Positions 37,711-50,800 of a stretch of 64,000 nucleotides of DNA are shown here, in pieces. The position numbers and the translations under genes were made by a program. The notes beneath the pieces are model-generated. The model was not told the origin of the DNA, did not search any database, and saw only the letters and a program-made list of their open reading frames with translations. Each line of letters begins with the position of its first letter. The stretch's first letter is position 1. This DNA comes from Gnetum montanum (lineage: Eukaryota; Plantae; Gnetophyta), in NCBI GenBank assembly GCA_015680685.1, contig MNCI01000627.1, positions 83,610-147,609 of the forward strand, in the 5' to 3' direction.

Positions 37711-38189
37711 ATTTTTTATTAATTTTTTTTGGTAATTTCAGCCAAGAGGCCAACTAACAATCATAGACAAGTAATGCTAAATAATATTATGTCGATAAGG
37801 CTAAAGGGGAGCCTATCAATAACACTTAATAATATTTTGTCCATGATTCTCTATAGAGAGCCTATAAGTAACGCTAAATAATATTCTCTCCATAACACCA
37901 ATATATATGCTCCAAGTCACTAGGTTGGTGTCTTGGTATTAGAATAGATGAAGAAAGAAATTCTAAAGGGCAAGGCAAGCATGAATAGAAAACAACAATC
38001 TATGAGAATTCAAAAATATTTTGCAGCACAAGATTTATTACCAAACTCGGAATTAGTTATTCTTATAATAATGCAATTGTAGTGATCTGAACAAAATTGT
38101 TATGGAATGCATTAATTTCTAAACTAAAATTCAGCATAATTTTTGCAATATTCTTACAACCAAAGTATAGATATATATTATATATATAA

Positions 38190-39240
38190 CTAAACCAATA
38201 TTCAATAATCATCTAAACATTCACATTTCTACTACACTTATTTGTTATTCATACCTCTTTTATACAACACAATATTCAATACCATATAAAATAGCAAACT
38301 TATTCACTGTTTTATAAAATTTTCCTTTTAGTTTTTGTGGAATTTTTGTATCACATAAATCACTAGCCTGTCTATTAGGATAAGGCTAAGATGATGATGT
38401 TGATAAATTATTCACCTATCACCATTTTCACTATCTTGCATTAATCCTATTTCTTATATCTTTATAAATTTTACCATGTGATTAGAGCATTGATCTTAGT
38501 CGGTAATGAGGAACTTTATAGCCTTAAATTATTACTTCCATTTCACCATTACTTAGAATTTTATTAAAATTACATTCTATGTATTCTATCTTATTTTTAT
38601 TAAATTTTAAGGCTTTTGATTATGAAACATGTTTTCATTTTTCCATTTCAAAAGTAATATTTTCTCATGATTTATGCACCAATAGAAGCTTTTATTTCTA
38701 ATTCTATAATGAAATACTATTGTCTAATGCATTACTAACATCAAAATATGGAGTGTTTTATAAAATCCAAGCTAACTTCATACCCCTCTTTATTTCTCAT
38801 TCAAATTGTTCTATTTCTTTCATGTCCATAATACCCTATATCCATAATATGTCATCTTTAATTTTCCATAATATCCTACATCCTACATCCATAATCTCTT
38901 TCTTGTCTTTAATTAATATTTTAAGAAGCTTTTAAATTATTTAAAAGTCTCTTTTGTCTTGGTTTAACTACTTAGTTGAATCAATTGTGCACTTAAGCTA
39001 TTGCACAACTCCAAATAATATTATTGTATACATCAATGTCTATCTGATAGCATTTTCTTTACATCAAATCTTGAAGATCATTTTTCTCTTCTTTATGTCT
39101 TCACATCTTCTAGTTGCCAAAGGCATGCGTTACCTCTTACAGATTATCTTATGTAAATCGTATATTTACATGGTATCTTGTTAAACTTGACTAACCTTTC
39201 ATATCTTGTCAAACTTTGCTAACCTCTTTAATCTCTTATC
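38190..39240 (-). mobile_element. Decayed RTE-clade LINE fragments
   Basis: 38205-38365 is homologous to 36445-36615; the remainder is AT-rich decayed LINE-like sequence; boundaries approximate. Confidence 0.55.
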
Positions 39241-39788
39241 TATCAGTACTACTATGTTTGAAAAATGAAGATGGGGTTTATAATGAAACCACCATTGCAA
39301 CTAATCAATTTATACTACCAAAGTTAGGTCCACGATGACCATATTTGTTATATTGTATTGATCCCTACATTTCTCCAAGTGCTTGAATGAAACATATAAG
39401 TAACCATGTTAATAATACACAAGACTAGACCCAACGATAGTGAAAAAAGAAGGGTGGAGATGGGTGGCAAATTGGTGGTAACTTACAATGGGCATAGACG
39501 TAGGATGTCTTTCTAGGTGTATGGGTGACAACATCAAGTGTCATTGGGAGCTACCTTGCCTATTGCAAGCATTGGAGTAATGGTAATACATGAACAGTAA
39601 CAATGGACAAGGTCATCTATGACGTGGGAACTAGGTAGCATGTAGGTAACATTAACTCAGCATTATCAAACCAAAATAATATGAGTGGATTTGGAAAGGT
39701 CTTTTGCATTAGACCTAGTGTATCATTAGGCAAAACATTAATACTAATAAACTAAATTAGGTTGGATTATTGGTACGTGCACACTAAA

Positions 39789-40362
39789 GCAAGAGATAGG
39801 TATGCTTAGCACAAAGGTAAGAGAAGTTGTTTGAGACAGCTTACAAATCAGGCAAGAGATAGGTATGCTTAGCACAAAGGTAAGAGAAGTTGTTTGAGAC
39901 AGCTTACAAATTAGGCAACCTGTTAGTAATAGGTAACACTCATATCACACCTTTTTCCAGCAAAATCGATGCTAGCTTGATACATGATTCTATGATAGAT
40001 TGACCAATAGGAAGGTTGGGGGTATGCATAAGCAAAATCTATGCTAGCTTGATACATGATTCTATGATAGATTGACCAATAGGAAGGTTGAGGGGATGCA
40101 TAACCATGCTGTAGTATGGGTGTAGGCTGCTTGAATAGTGGTTGTAAAAAACTAGTTTCATTGGTGCTATAGGAGCACTTGTAAATGTAAAGATGAACTT
40201 TTGTTTAGCAAATACAATGCATTTCCTTTGGAGAGTTAGGGTCAGCCACTAGCATTATTGGAAGCATTATTGGAAGCGGTCTCTTAAACAAGAAGCTTTA
40301 GACTTTAGAGTAATGATGATATGGTCTCTTAAACAACAAGCTTTAGACTTTAGAGTAATGGT
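39789..40362. repeat. Cluster of local tandem duplications (63, 72, 13 and 45 bp periods)
   Basis: Unit starts at 39789/39852, 39959/40031, ~40251/40263 and 40278/40323. Confidence 0.85.
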
Positions 40363-41661
40363 AATACCACTGAGGACAAATGTGGGGTTTAACAAGAAGT
40401 GAAGTCATCAATTGTACTTGGGCATGGGCTACTATGTGATTCATGTTAGCTCAACATTATTCTAATTATAAACAAATATAAGGCAGGTCTTATGCTTAGG
40501 ATCAAACATATCACAACCTTATCAAATAGTTCTGTATTATCAAAGAAGCTTAAAGCAAACATTGTATACTTTTTTTTTATTTTTTTGACCTGGGTGCATA
40601 TAGGGCAAGGGATAGGCTAGGACTAGGAAATTCGAAAGGTCATATATCATTTTGTTCAAGGAGCCATCCTAAATCAGGTTATCTAGCCGACCAGCTTGGA
40701 CTCAATTACGTCAAACCTCATGAACCCAACTCCTGTTTCGCTTGATTCATTCATTGTTGAAAAGCTCGAGAGACAGACCACACGATAAAATCCAATAAAG
40801 CCCCTTGGTACTTCCTCCTTGAGTCACAATTAGCATCTAGTCTACGGTAAGAACTAATTCAGAGCCATGGAAGAAGCATTCTTTAATCTTCTCAACAAAG
40901 GACCAAACCACCATCTAAAAAACTTTCCTTATAAATTAATTCAATATATATTAATAATATTATACTTAGAATCAAACCTATAACCTGCAATTACAAAGCC
41001 AAGTAAGCTAATACCTCATTGTCAGTTGTTCTTTCATAAAAGCCACCCTCAAGCTCACCAAAATTCTAACTTAAGAAAGGCACGAAAAGTATGTCGTCAA
41101 ATCAATGAATCGACACAAAATATTAGCTCGGTATATCCTACCAAAATGCTGTGACGTTAACTAAAATAAAAACGTGGTTTTTACGGAATACAAAGGAAAT
41201 GAATCTAGTGGTAGCGTTTTCGTTTAAAGGAATACATTGATTGGCAGATCCCAACCGTTGATTTTCTAATCAAGGATTATTCTCCAACATCAGACACAAA
41301 TGACTGATCTCTTTCCAAATTAAGAATCAACTAACTGCAAATGCTGAACTATGATATTAATACCAACAGTAATAATAAACATCAGATAAAATTTTTTTCT
41401 TCATCCATCTTAAGCAAAACACATTAAGAAACCCATCTTTATAAAAAAATCATGACATTCAAAAATGATGCCCGCGAGGGCACATAAATCCGTCAAAAAT
41501 AGTGCAGACAAAAGTGCCAATGCACAAACACATTGAAAAACTTAAGAATACTCAATCTGTCCCTGAAAAACCTAATTAAGATGGTCTTCATAATATTTTT
41601 TTGAAGTGTACAAACAGGAGAAGGAAACCTAAATATCCATGCATTCTCAACAGAAAGAACT

Positions 41662-44600
41662 TTAGCGATAACGACGAAGCGACAGGGTATTGTTCCTCTT
41701 CCATGTGGCACGCCTGGAGGGCCGGTTCTTGTGAAAAAGATGTCCCCTTCCTCTAAGACCCCTGTATTTCTTTCCAGCAGATGTCAGCCCTCTAAGCTCT
41801 CTGTGCTTGTGCACAGGATTACAGATCCAGTTGATTCTTGGATCATTCCTTACAGCCTTGTGGGCTGGATCAATTAGAATTATTTCAAAATATTTATAGA
41901 TGCTATCCTGCAATTAGAAAGAGTATGAAATATGTCAGTCCCATGTAGCCTTTTGTAAAATACATGGCTAATGGCCTGCATATAAAAAAATTTGTTAAAG
42001 CAAGTCAGGATCCAATGATGCAAATAATATTAACAGACTTGTTGAATTTGATAGTGATGACAAGAATATCCAATGATCTTATCAAATTAAAGTGCTTGAA
42101 AATGTATTAAAGATTTAATACATTCTAGTTTTATATTTCAAATAAACAAGGATCCAGCTCTTTGGCAAGGATAACGACAAAAAGGAACATCTCTAGCTGA
42201 TCCCAATTTTTTTATTTTCTCAGAACAAAGCGATGATGATGATTGTTTTTTTGAGTAAAGATATGAATTGTTTAGGAATGTGTCCCATTCTTTGAAAAGA
42301 GTTCTGCATTAAATAATGGCGTCATGCAAAAGACAAGTTCCCCTATGCTTATAACAAAAAGAGTGCATTTCTAATTAAATAATTTTATAGTTACAAAACA
42401 ATCACATTAAAGATTTTCCAAGGAGAAAAGTTGATGAAAATTATGAAATGCACCTGATTGATCCAGTATGAGTTGAGAACCCTGAGCCCTCCCAATTTTC
42501 TTCCTGCTCTTTCCTCAGCCACAGACCTCAGGTTTCGTTGGAACTTGAGCTGTGTAATACCCTGGTTCTTGGGCTTTCCATAAACAATGCCCTTAGGCAC
42601 AGGTCTCTTCCTGCCTCCACGCCTAACCCTCACACGATAAATCACATATCCCTGAACAAATATTCATAAGCACAAAATGTTAAACCATAATGCTATATAT
42701 CAAAGTTAAAAATAATTAACTTCCATATTGAATATTTGAAAAACCCTGGCACTAAAATAGCAAACCAGCGACCCTAACATGTTTGAAAGCTAAAATTTTC
42801 AAAATCTTAAAAGATCTATGTCATTCATGATCCAAGTTGAAAATTCATAATGTGGAAAACGTTCATTAATAACATATGCAATCAAACACTTGATCAAGAA
42901 CAATCCAGATATAAATTACACTAACCCATAATATTAAGAAAATTATATTTTACACAGTTAAATATTTGCAAAGGTTACCATGTAACCCTCCTCAACCAAG
43001 GTATGCAAAACATGGTCTTTCGTGAAATGTCATGACCTAGAAAATGATAATCACTTGCATCATCACTGCCTAAAAACAATCCATAAATAACAATCATATG
43101 ATATTTTCACAGTTCAAAATCTTTAGAAAAAATCCATTTGTATAATTCAATCCATTAATCAGAACATTTTACAAATTAAAATTCATTGTCTTTTTAGCTG
43201 AGAGGCCAACTTCCAGTTTGCTGGACTTTGTCACAGAAAATAAATAATTATCATCATAACACAAGGCCAAGCAAGAGATTGAATTTTTTTCAAGTGAATT
43301 ACCTGTTGGCTGAACTTTAAGAAAGAAAGTAAATAATTATAATCATAACACAAAAACCAACACAAAATTTCATGCTGCATAACTGCTATGGTAAGAATTA
43401 ATAGCAGTTAAACATGAAAATATTGGTAACAGTTCAATTCTCAGTGAATCAATTTAACAATTTATTAATTTGAAAAATGAAAAAGATTCGCTCCATAGCA
43501 TAAGACAAATCCACAATCACATCTGCAAATTGTGTTAATTAAATTATAAAAGCTAAAACAGATTTGATCCTTTCCTGCAAGGCAACTTTATGTCCTATTT
43601 TCTTGTTATACGGAGTCAGGATTTACTACAAAGACTTAGGGTAGTACAGAAAATTTTATAGTAAACAATTTTTTATAGGAAATTTGAGAAAATAATAGTA
43701 ATCACAAACTAAAGATGAATGGGTTGGTAATTTGCACAGGGTATTGCATTGCCGTGCACAATAAATCGCTCTGTATTCTGTTAAAAATCTCTCTGCTATA
43801 CTCTTTAGTGTTTCTACTGCGTTGCTGGATTCCATAAATCATTATTATCAGCGTCATGGTTGTAATGCTTGCAGCATGATGTCTATTCTTAATTTTATAT
43901 GTTAAATGATGGAAAGCATCCTTCAACACCAAAAATACAATATGGTTGGTGATGAACAACTAAAGAGAACACCTAAACTAGTCCATAGCTCAAATCCATA
44001 AAAGGAGGCAGCGTTTCTTTCAAGGAAAAAAACTCAAAACGAACGGCACAACTAGAGACCAAAAAATTAAAAACATAAAAGCTCTCTTCCAGAAAACATT
44101 AACATATCATATCATTGACAGACCAGATTCCCAACTAAATCTCACAGATTTCAAATGCTTGAAATTGAAGGCATAATAACTTGCAAAGCAAATACAGATG
44201 AACGCAAAACCAAAATAGAAATAGAAACCCCATCTTGCCAGGATAAAGCACATAAAAAGATTCACATCAGTCATCCCACACAGACACAATTCATGAATTA
44301 TGTCAAAGTCAATAATGAAAGTGAATTGAAAATGGTATAGATAATTGGACCGACCTGCTTGGCCTTGTAGCCTAGGCGCCTAGCCTTGTCAGGCCTGGTG
44401 GGTCTAGAAACCCTAACAATACCAGGAAGCTGCCGATATTCCCAGCATCTCACTCTTTGCAGAAATCTCATAACATCCGACTGCTTTTTCTTCCATAGTT
44501 CTTCAACATACTTGTAAGCCCCTGCATAACAAGGAAAAATATATGTTTTTTTTTTCAAAGAAAAACTCAACGATGCCAAAAAAAAATGTACGTATCAACA

Positions 44601-44900
44601 CAGGTTTCTATCAAATGCATCTACAGAAGCATCACAGATTAAATTTCTGCATCACAGCGTAAGGGAGGAAAGCGATAAAGATCACAAGAACGTAATCCAA
44701 CAATAACATAAAAAATAGCATACAAAACGAAAACAATGGTTTTCAGATTTTGTACATCACAACAAGATTTGCAGAGAGCAAAAACGGACAGTAATGAAAT
44801 AAATATAACCTTTAAACCTCTGAAGACTTATGAATCAAAATTTTTAACAATGCTAAGCAAGACCTGAAAAGAGCATTGCAGGTAGGGAAAACTCACCCAT
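41662..44900 (-). CDS. RPL15: 60S ribosomal protein L15 (eL15), 4 coding exons, 204 aa
   Basis: Exons 44900-44897 (ATGG), 44521-44355, 42651-42454 and 41907-41662 with GT-AG introns total 615 nt. Translation [32 protein letters not shown]...[12 protein letters not shown]...[13 protein letters not shown]...LSLRRYR. Confidence 0.98.
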
Positions 44901-45004
44901 GTCGTCGAAAGCAAACGCTCCACACTGTCTGACAACGGCCCCTCTGCCCGCTTCAGAAATTCATTTCGACAGAGTTTATGGACGCAGCGTAGTATTCTTA
45001 CTTG

Positions 45005-45013
45005 TTAGGGTTT
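45005..45013 (-). promoter_or_regulatory. Telo-box (AAACCCTAA) upstream of RPL15
   Basis: Exact motif about 105 bp upstream of the ATG; telo-boxes are typical of plant ribosomal protein promoters. Confidence 0.65.
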
Positions 45014-45231
45014 ACAGTTTTCCACTTTTTCAAAAAAATAATAATAAAATAAAAAGAAATCGATTTTTGTTATTTTACATACTACACGGGGAGTGAGTTC
45101 CTTGTAACACGTTAAAAACTCATCCCGCTAAGGAGTACCAAACTGACGCGTACACTATGTTTCTACTCTCTTGTCTAATAGATTTTAGACTTGAGCAACA
45201 TTATGAATATAGAGTTGTTTAATAAATTTGA

Positions 45232-45335
45232 TGTAATATAGTTTAATTAGAACTTTATAACTAAGTGTTGCTCACCAAAATTGAACTTATGACTTACAAC
45301 TTTCAAGAATCTTACCACTAGGCTAGCACCTCATT
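45232..45335 (-). mobile_element. tRNA-derived SINE-like repeat
   Basis: Reverse-complement homolog of 46149-46277 with A-box TAGCCTAGTGG. Confidence 0.55.
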
Positions 45336-46148
45336 CTTAATAAACTTGAATTAGGGTAAATACATTCTAAGGTATCTTGTTAATAGGATATACTAAAAGA
45401 ATTATGCAAAAGTATAATGATACTTTAAGTGTGAATTGATACATCAATCTCTTACATTACTAAGAAGCAAAAAAAATTTAGAGCACATTAGATGCTTAAC
45501 AGCAAGTAGAAAACATAAAAAACAACATGGAGAGAAAAAACTTTCCAATTTTAAGGATGTCTACTTAGGTGTACAACCTTACAAATAATGCTTTGAAATA
45601 TAAAGAGAAAAATTAATTGTTAATAGGGTTGATGATCCTAGTGCTAACAACATTTACATCACTCTCAACATTTATACTTGAACTTAACATGGCAAAAGGA
45701 TTTGAGGTAGCAATAAAAAGCTTTGGTAAAATACCAACTTTTGTAGGAAAGAAAGATCTAATAGAAAATGATGGCACAAGTTTTATATCATATTGTTTAC
45801 TATGATTGACCTTACCTCAATAATCTTTATCATTAACTATATCTCACTTGTCAACATAAGCTTTAATTGTTGAGTAAATAATATTTTTGTTAGATAAGAT
45901 AAAATATGTCTTATGAGCTATCTATCTAAACTGATCAATACTTTCTATAATACCAATAAAATTACTTACCAAAACTTTTATCTTCTCTATTTATTTTATT
46001 ACCATTAGATTATGCTTATCAATATCATTAACTTGTTTTTCTCAATCTTCAACTTCAACACATTTTTTCTTGTCCTTAGCATCTTTTTTCTTGAGCAAAA
46101 AAGGATAAGCATTAAATAAATGTCTTTCATGATGATAAAAGTTGCAAC

Positions 46149-46277
46149 AATGAGGTGTTAGCCTAGTGGTAAGACTCTTTATTTTAAAGCTCCAAGTCAT
46201 GGGTTTGCTTCTAGTGGGCAATACTAAGTTATTAAGTTCTAATTGGACTATACCTCTTGGGGTGTACCTATATTACA
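46149..46277 (+). mobile_element. tRNA-derived SINE-like repeat
   Basis: Pol III A-box TAGCCTAGTGG (46159-46169) and a degenerate B-box GGTTTGCTTC about 32 nt downstream; several copies in the window. Confidence 0.55.
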
Positions 46278-47295
46278 ATTTTTGAAGAATCAACTAAAGA
46301 TTAAATAGCTCAACAAAATATGGAACTTTATAATATTCTAGTATGGAATACATTGTATCAAATGTTTAGAAGGAAAATTTTTAATCAAACAAACATTCCT
46401 AACTTTATAGTGGCCAAGTCAAAAAGAAAATTCCTTTGAAATTTTACATCCCTTCAAAGAGCCAAAGCAACAACCGATGTTCATGTTGGGGTTCATGACC
46501 TCAAATTTTGTTCCTACAATACCATAAGCCAAAAAACCCATGGAAGTGTTGTCCACAACTTACATTGATGTGCTCTATAATGATGTTGTTGCCAAGCCAA
46601 CAAACCATCATTAACAAAATTAGTTGTAGGTGGTGACACATTGAACTCATTGCAAATATCTTAAATAAACACACAATTTATAAAAAATGATCAACATAAG
46701 ACACAATCTAGATCCTCCATAATATTCTTTTGTGCAAGATATTGGCCACTGAGTAATTTTCCATAAAGCATCTTACCAACAAAGAGATGAGCTCAAGGAG
46801 TAAAAATGAGATCATAGATGTTTATAAGAATTGTTAATGCTAAAAGAGTTTACCTAATTACTAAACTAACTATTAAAATGACGTTTAAATAGACGATCTA
46901 TAGATACAAAAGCAAATAAGAATAAAGTTTGAAAACAATATCAATGAAAAAAGATGAGGTTATACATAATATTCTATAACTTCTTTTAAAAAATTAGTAT
47001 AATTATAAAAGCCTTTGATGTCAAAGTTACATTAGTAAAAGATAACAAGTCAAAGCATGTTAAGCCTACATGGAATAAGAAAGGACATCCAAACCAATCA
47101 CAAAGATATATACCTTTAACAAGGTCATAAAATCTAGGACCAAGATCAAACGATTGATTTAACCACTGAGGTAGTAAGAGAGAGGCAATAACTTTGGTGT
47201 ACCTGTTATGGAAAAGCAGGTCATACCGAAGAGATGTTTAACGTATACCTCTAACAAGATCATAAAAGTTGACATTAAGAAAAAGATAGGTTTCT

Positions 47296-47862
47296 TGTAA
47301 TAATGTTGCCCTGATGTTGTCTGGCATCCCAAGGAATTCACTAAGATCTAATGGATCTAGGACGGAAGACCTAGGGAATACGCCTCTAACAAGCAAGCAA
47401 CCCAAGAGAGAGTGCAAGCAGCAACACAGCTTATTAATATATCTATGGGAATGCACCTAAAGGAGGATAACTAACTCCAAACGAGGACCTTGCAAACAAG
47501 CACACAAGCAACCTTGTAGACAACATCGATGGAAGGGGTAATGATGCATCTACAAGGGGTGGCGCCTCACCCCCAGAACCCTCATGTTATGGTACAAGGT
47601 GTGGCTTGGCATTGCACCAAAACTATCCAATCTTGGCTGCCTACATATCTACAACCACTATAGAATGTAGTTCTCCATGTAAGGGTAGTATGAAAAGAAC
47701 TTAGAGAGAGTTGCAACAAGAGGGTGTTGTGCTGCTGACTTGGTACCATCAAGGTGGGAAGGGTTTTTCTAACACTTGAGAGCCACCCAAGGGCAAGTGC
47801 TCCATGGCCCCCAAACCATGGGGAGAGCCTAGGAGAACCACCACCCTAGGATATCTCTCACA
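47296..47862 (-). repeat. 3' LTR of element E
   Basis: About 90% similar by eye to 53248-53828; adjacent PPT. Confidence 0.93.
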
Positions 47863-50800
47863 ATCCTCCACCCCACAAAAGAAGTGACATCCTCGAAGCA
47901 GAGCCTAGGACGACTTCAAGAGTACACTTCAAGTATGGGTTTGGAAATCGATCAACTCTGGGGAACCCATCAACTCAATTGACGCCAAGCTTGAAGGAAG
48001 GTACTAACCCCAACACCTGATACGTCCTTCCATCCAATGCCTTGCATGAAATGCAAAGGGAACTTGGAGGAATCCCAAAGACTTTCCCTACTTTGTGACA
48101 AGTGGTAGTAGGCATCCCCTAGATCCATCCCTTCTTAGGTCTAGAGACTCATCTTCTTGCATAGGCCCATACCTATGCAGGAAGATATCTCTTCTTCCAC
48201 AAGTCTCGCCAAGTTCCTTTGTGAATGGCATCTTAGCACCCATCGATTTTCTTGATTTTTTTTATCATCAATTTTGAGGGCTCATTAGGGCCACTACCCA
48301 TGATGATGGACTTGGGAACATAAAATCAACAGGGAGAACATGCTCCAAAAGAGCCATGTCTCTGCAAACAACTCACACTTGTCAGAACTCCATGTTCTAC
48401 TACTCACATCCAAACCCATGGGGTCTCACTAGTGTAACCATCTAAGCATAGAATTCGTGCGTCTATATCATGCACATTCTTTTCCATCATGTTTGTTTAG
48501 GTTGGTATGAAGGGAGTCAAGTGTGTTCTCCCTTCAAAATAAGGTATAAGGTAGATCTTTTGAGCCTAACCTTGGCATCTGCAAACACACTGGCATCACA
48601 TTTCTCATTTTACCATCCGACACTATTCCATTTTCACAATATGAGAGAAGATCCAAAATTTGTTTGAAAAACTTCTTCAAGAGGCTATCATAACATACAA
48701 ACCCAAACTATCATCAACAACCTTTGCAATTGTCTAGCATCAAGAATGCCTGCTCAAATGTTAGAACAAGTGGAGGATATGTTGGAAAGCCAACCCCAAG
48801 ACAATCCTCTGTACACAAGTCTCATGTCAATGCTACCACATCATCAATTGCAACCATAATGTCCCGTTCATGGGAAAGGATCAATCACACTTGCAACTTA
48901 CAAGCTATCCTTCCCACTCTAAGATATGGGACAAGCACCATTTTCTAAACACTTGGTCCAAGGAAGCATGTACAATCACCTCTGAGGGCAACCATGATTA
49001 TGAATTCTCCAAGGAACATCTAGGTTCCTAGAATTTGAATTTTCCTGTTGTGTCAAGAATTACCACAACTCTTGATCAATACCTTTCATTCGATTTTTTT
49101 TTTTTGAACTCGAAGGAAGGATCCTCTTTAGGAGGTTTCTTCCATAGGCAAGTACAATAGCCTAGCTACACCTTACCCATGATACATAACTAAGTAGTCC
49201 ACATAGCCAACACAACCGTATCATCAAACTACTACCAGTTGGGGGAAGACATGGATTCACAAGTCTTACCCACACTCGATTCCACCTTAAGAACTTAAGA
49301 AGTGAAAGAGTTCATCCCTCTAAATTTTACGAAGAGGGATTTCTGTTTCATCTTGGGAGATCTAGGTTTTCATTTCATACATCCCAGTCCAACCCGTTTA
49401 CAACAATTGTCATGCACAAGGCTACACCACTACCTATTACCATTCAACCCAAACAACAAATGCGAGTCAATAAGAACATTTTTCCCATAGGAGGACTAGG
49501 TCCTCAAGACAGTTTTAGAAAGAATGGGCTTCACCATCATCAACAAAAAACTCAAAACAATACATGATTTGTCCCCGAAGGATTTACAATAAGGGTGGTC
49601 TGCCAGAGAAACCCAACAAGGAAGTCCCTCTAGAGTGCCAAAAGCTGAGAGAGGGTACATACAATCATGCCTTGCTTACAAGAAGGGAGATATATACATT
49701 TAGACTACATCAATAACACGGCCTCACAAAGGAGGTTCCATGAATTCCATGAAGTTAACAACATTCTGTCTTTGAAAAAAAGCCCCAACAATTCACAAAC
49801 ATGCAACCACTAATAGGAACAAGTTCCAAACATCAATTGCTTCTAGATCCCATCTAGGGAACAACTGTCTTAATATAACCTACATTATTATTTCAGGAAC
49901 TGAGGAGGGCATCCATCAGAATGGAGAATGAAATCACCAAGTAATATAGTGCTCAGTCCTACTGTCCCACTAGAGAGGTTAAGACACTAACATGAATTAA
50001 CAATACACCAGAGAAATGGAACAATACATTAGGAAGAGATGGTGTGATACATTAGTGTACACAAAAAAAAGAGTACACAAAGGAGATTCGACAAGACATC
50101 ATAGCTTGCTAGGCACAATGAGTCCCAAATCATGAAATCACATCATAGTCCACGAAAGCACCAATAAGTCCCAAGTCATGATAGCACATCATAGCCCTCA
50201 GAAGCACCCAAGGCAACTAGTTACAAGAGAACACCATCATCCACGAAGCACTAGAAGCCCCCAATCATGAGAGCATAGGCTTAAGTGTTTTTGAGCACAT
50301 CCAAGTCCACCAAGCAAGGCCACCAAAAAAAGTCACAATTTCTGTAATTGTAACATCATTTGTTCAAGGATGGACCACCATCCCAATGTTTGCAAAACTT
50401 ATCACGATCACATCCAGCCATGGAAGAGAGAGTCTAGGTGTCGATAGCCAAAACTCAACTCAAATCCATAGCTAGACATAGCAACATCACCTTGATTTGA
50501 AGTTTAGTCTACCACTGCAATTCACATGGTCACCGTGAACCCTTGCTATCAAGATCAAGCTCATTGAACCAATTTGTTTGTAATTCAAGCTACATACCAC
50601 CATTGATCACATGTGGATACGATTTCTACCAGTCCAAGAACCCAAGAGGAAGTGTTCCTAAGACTTGTCCTGTCTCAAGAATGTTCACTGAAGGACACAC
50701 CATCATGGCATGCCAATATTACCAAGAACACAAGGCATCAATTCAAGAGCACCTTGGGCAAGGACATGCCTTGGCCTACATGTTACAACACCATATCTCA

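Noticed and set aside
39789-40362. CRISPR-like repeat array
   Set aside because: Eukaryotic context; two-copy tandem duplications without a constant repeat and unique spacers.
43158-43258. Possible intronic C/D-box snoRNA in RPL15 intron 2 (ATGATGA...CTGA, minus strand)
   Set aside because: No terminal stem and no recognisable rRNA-complementary guide; such boxes occur by chance in AT-rich introns.
46149-46230. Possible tRNA gene
   Set aside because: Has an A-box but no cloverleaf and a degenerate B-box; multiple diverged copies indicate a repeat.
47195-47240. CTCYGKAGHTEE, resembling a copia gag zinc knuckle
   Set aside because: Short and imperfect, with no supporting domains or LTRs nearby.
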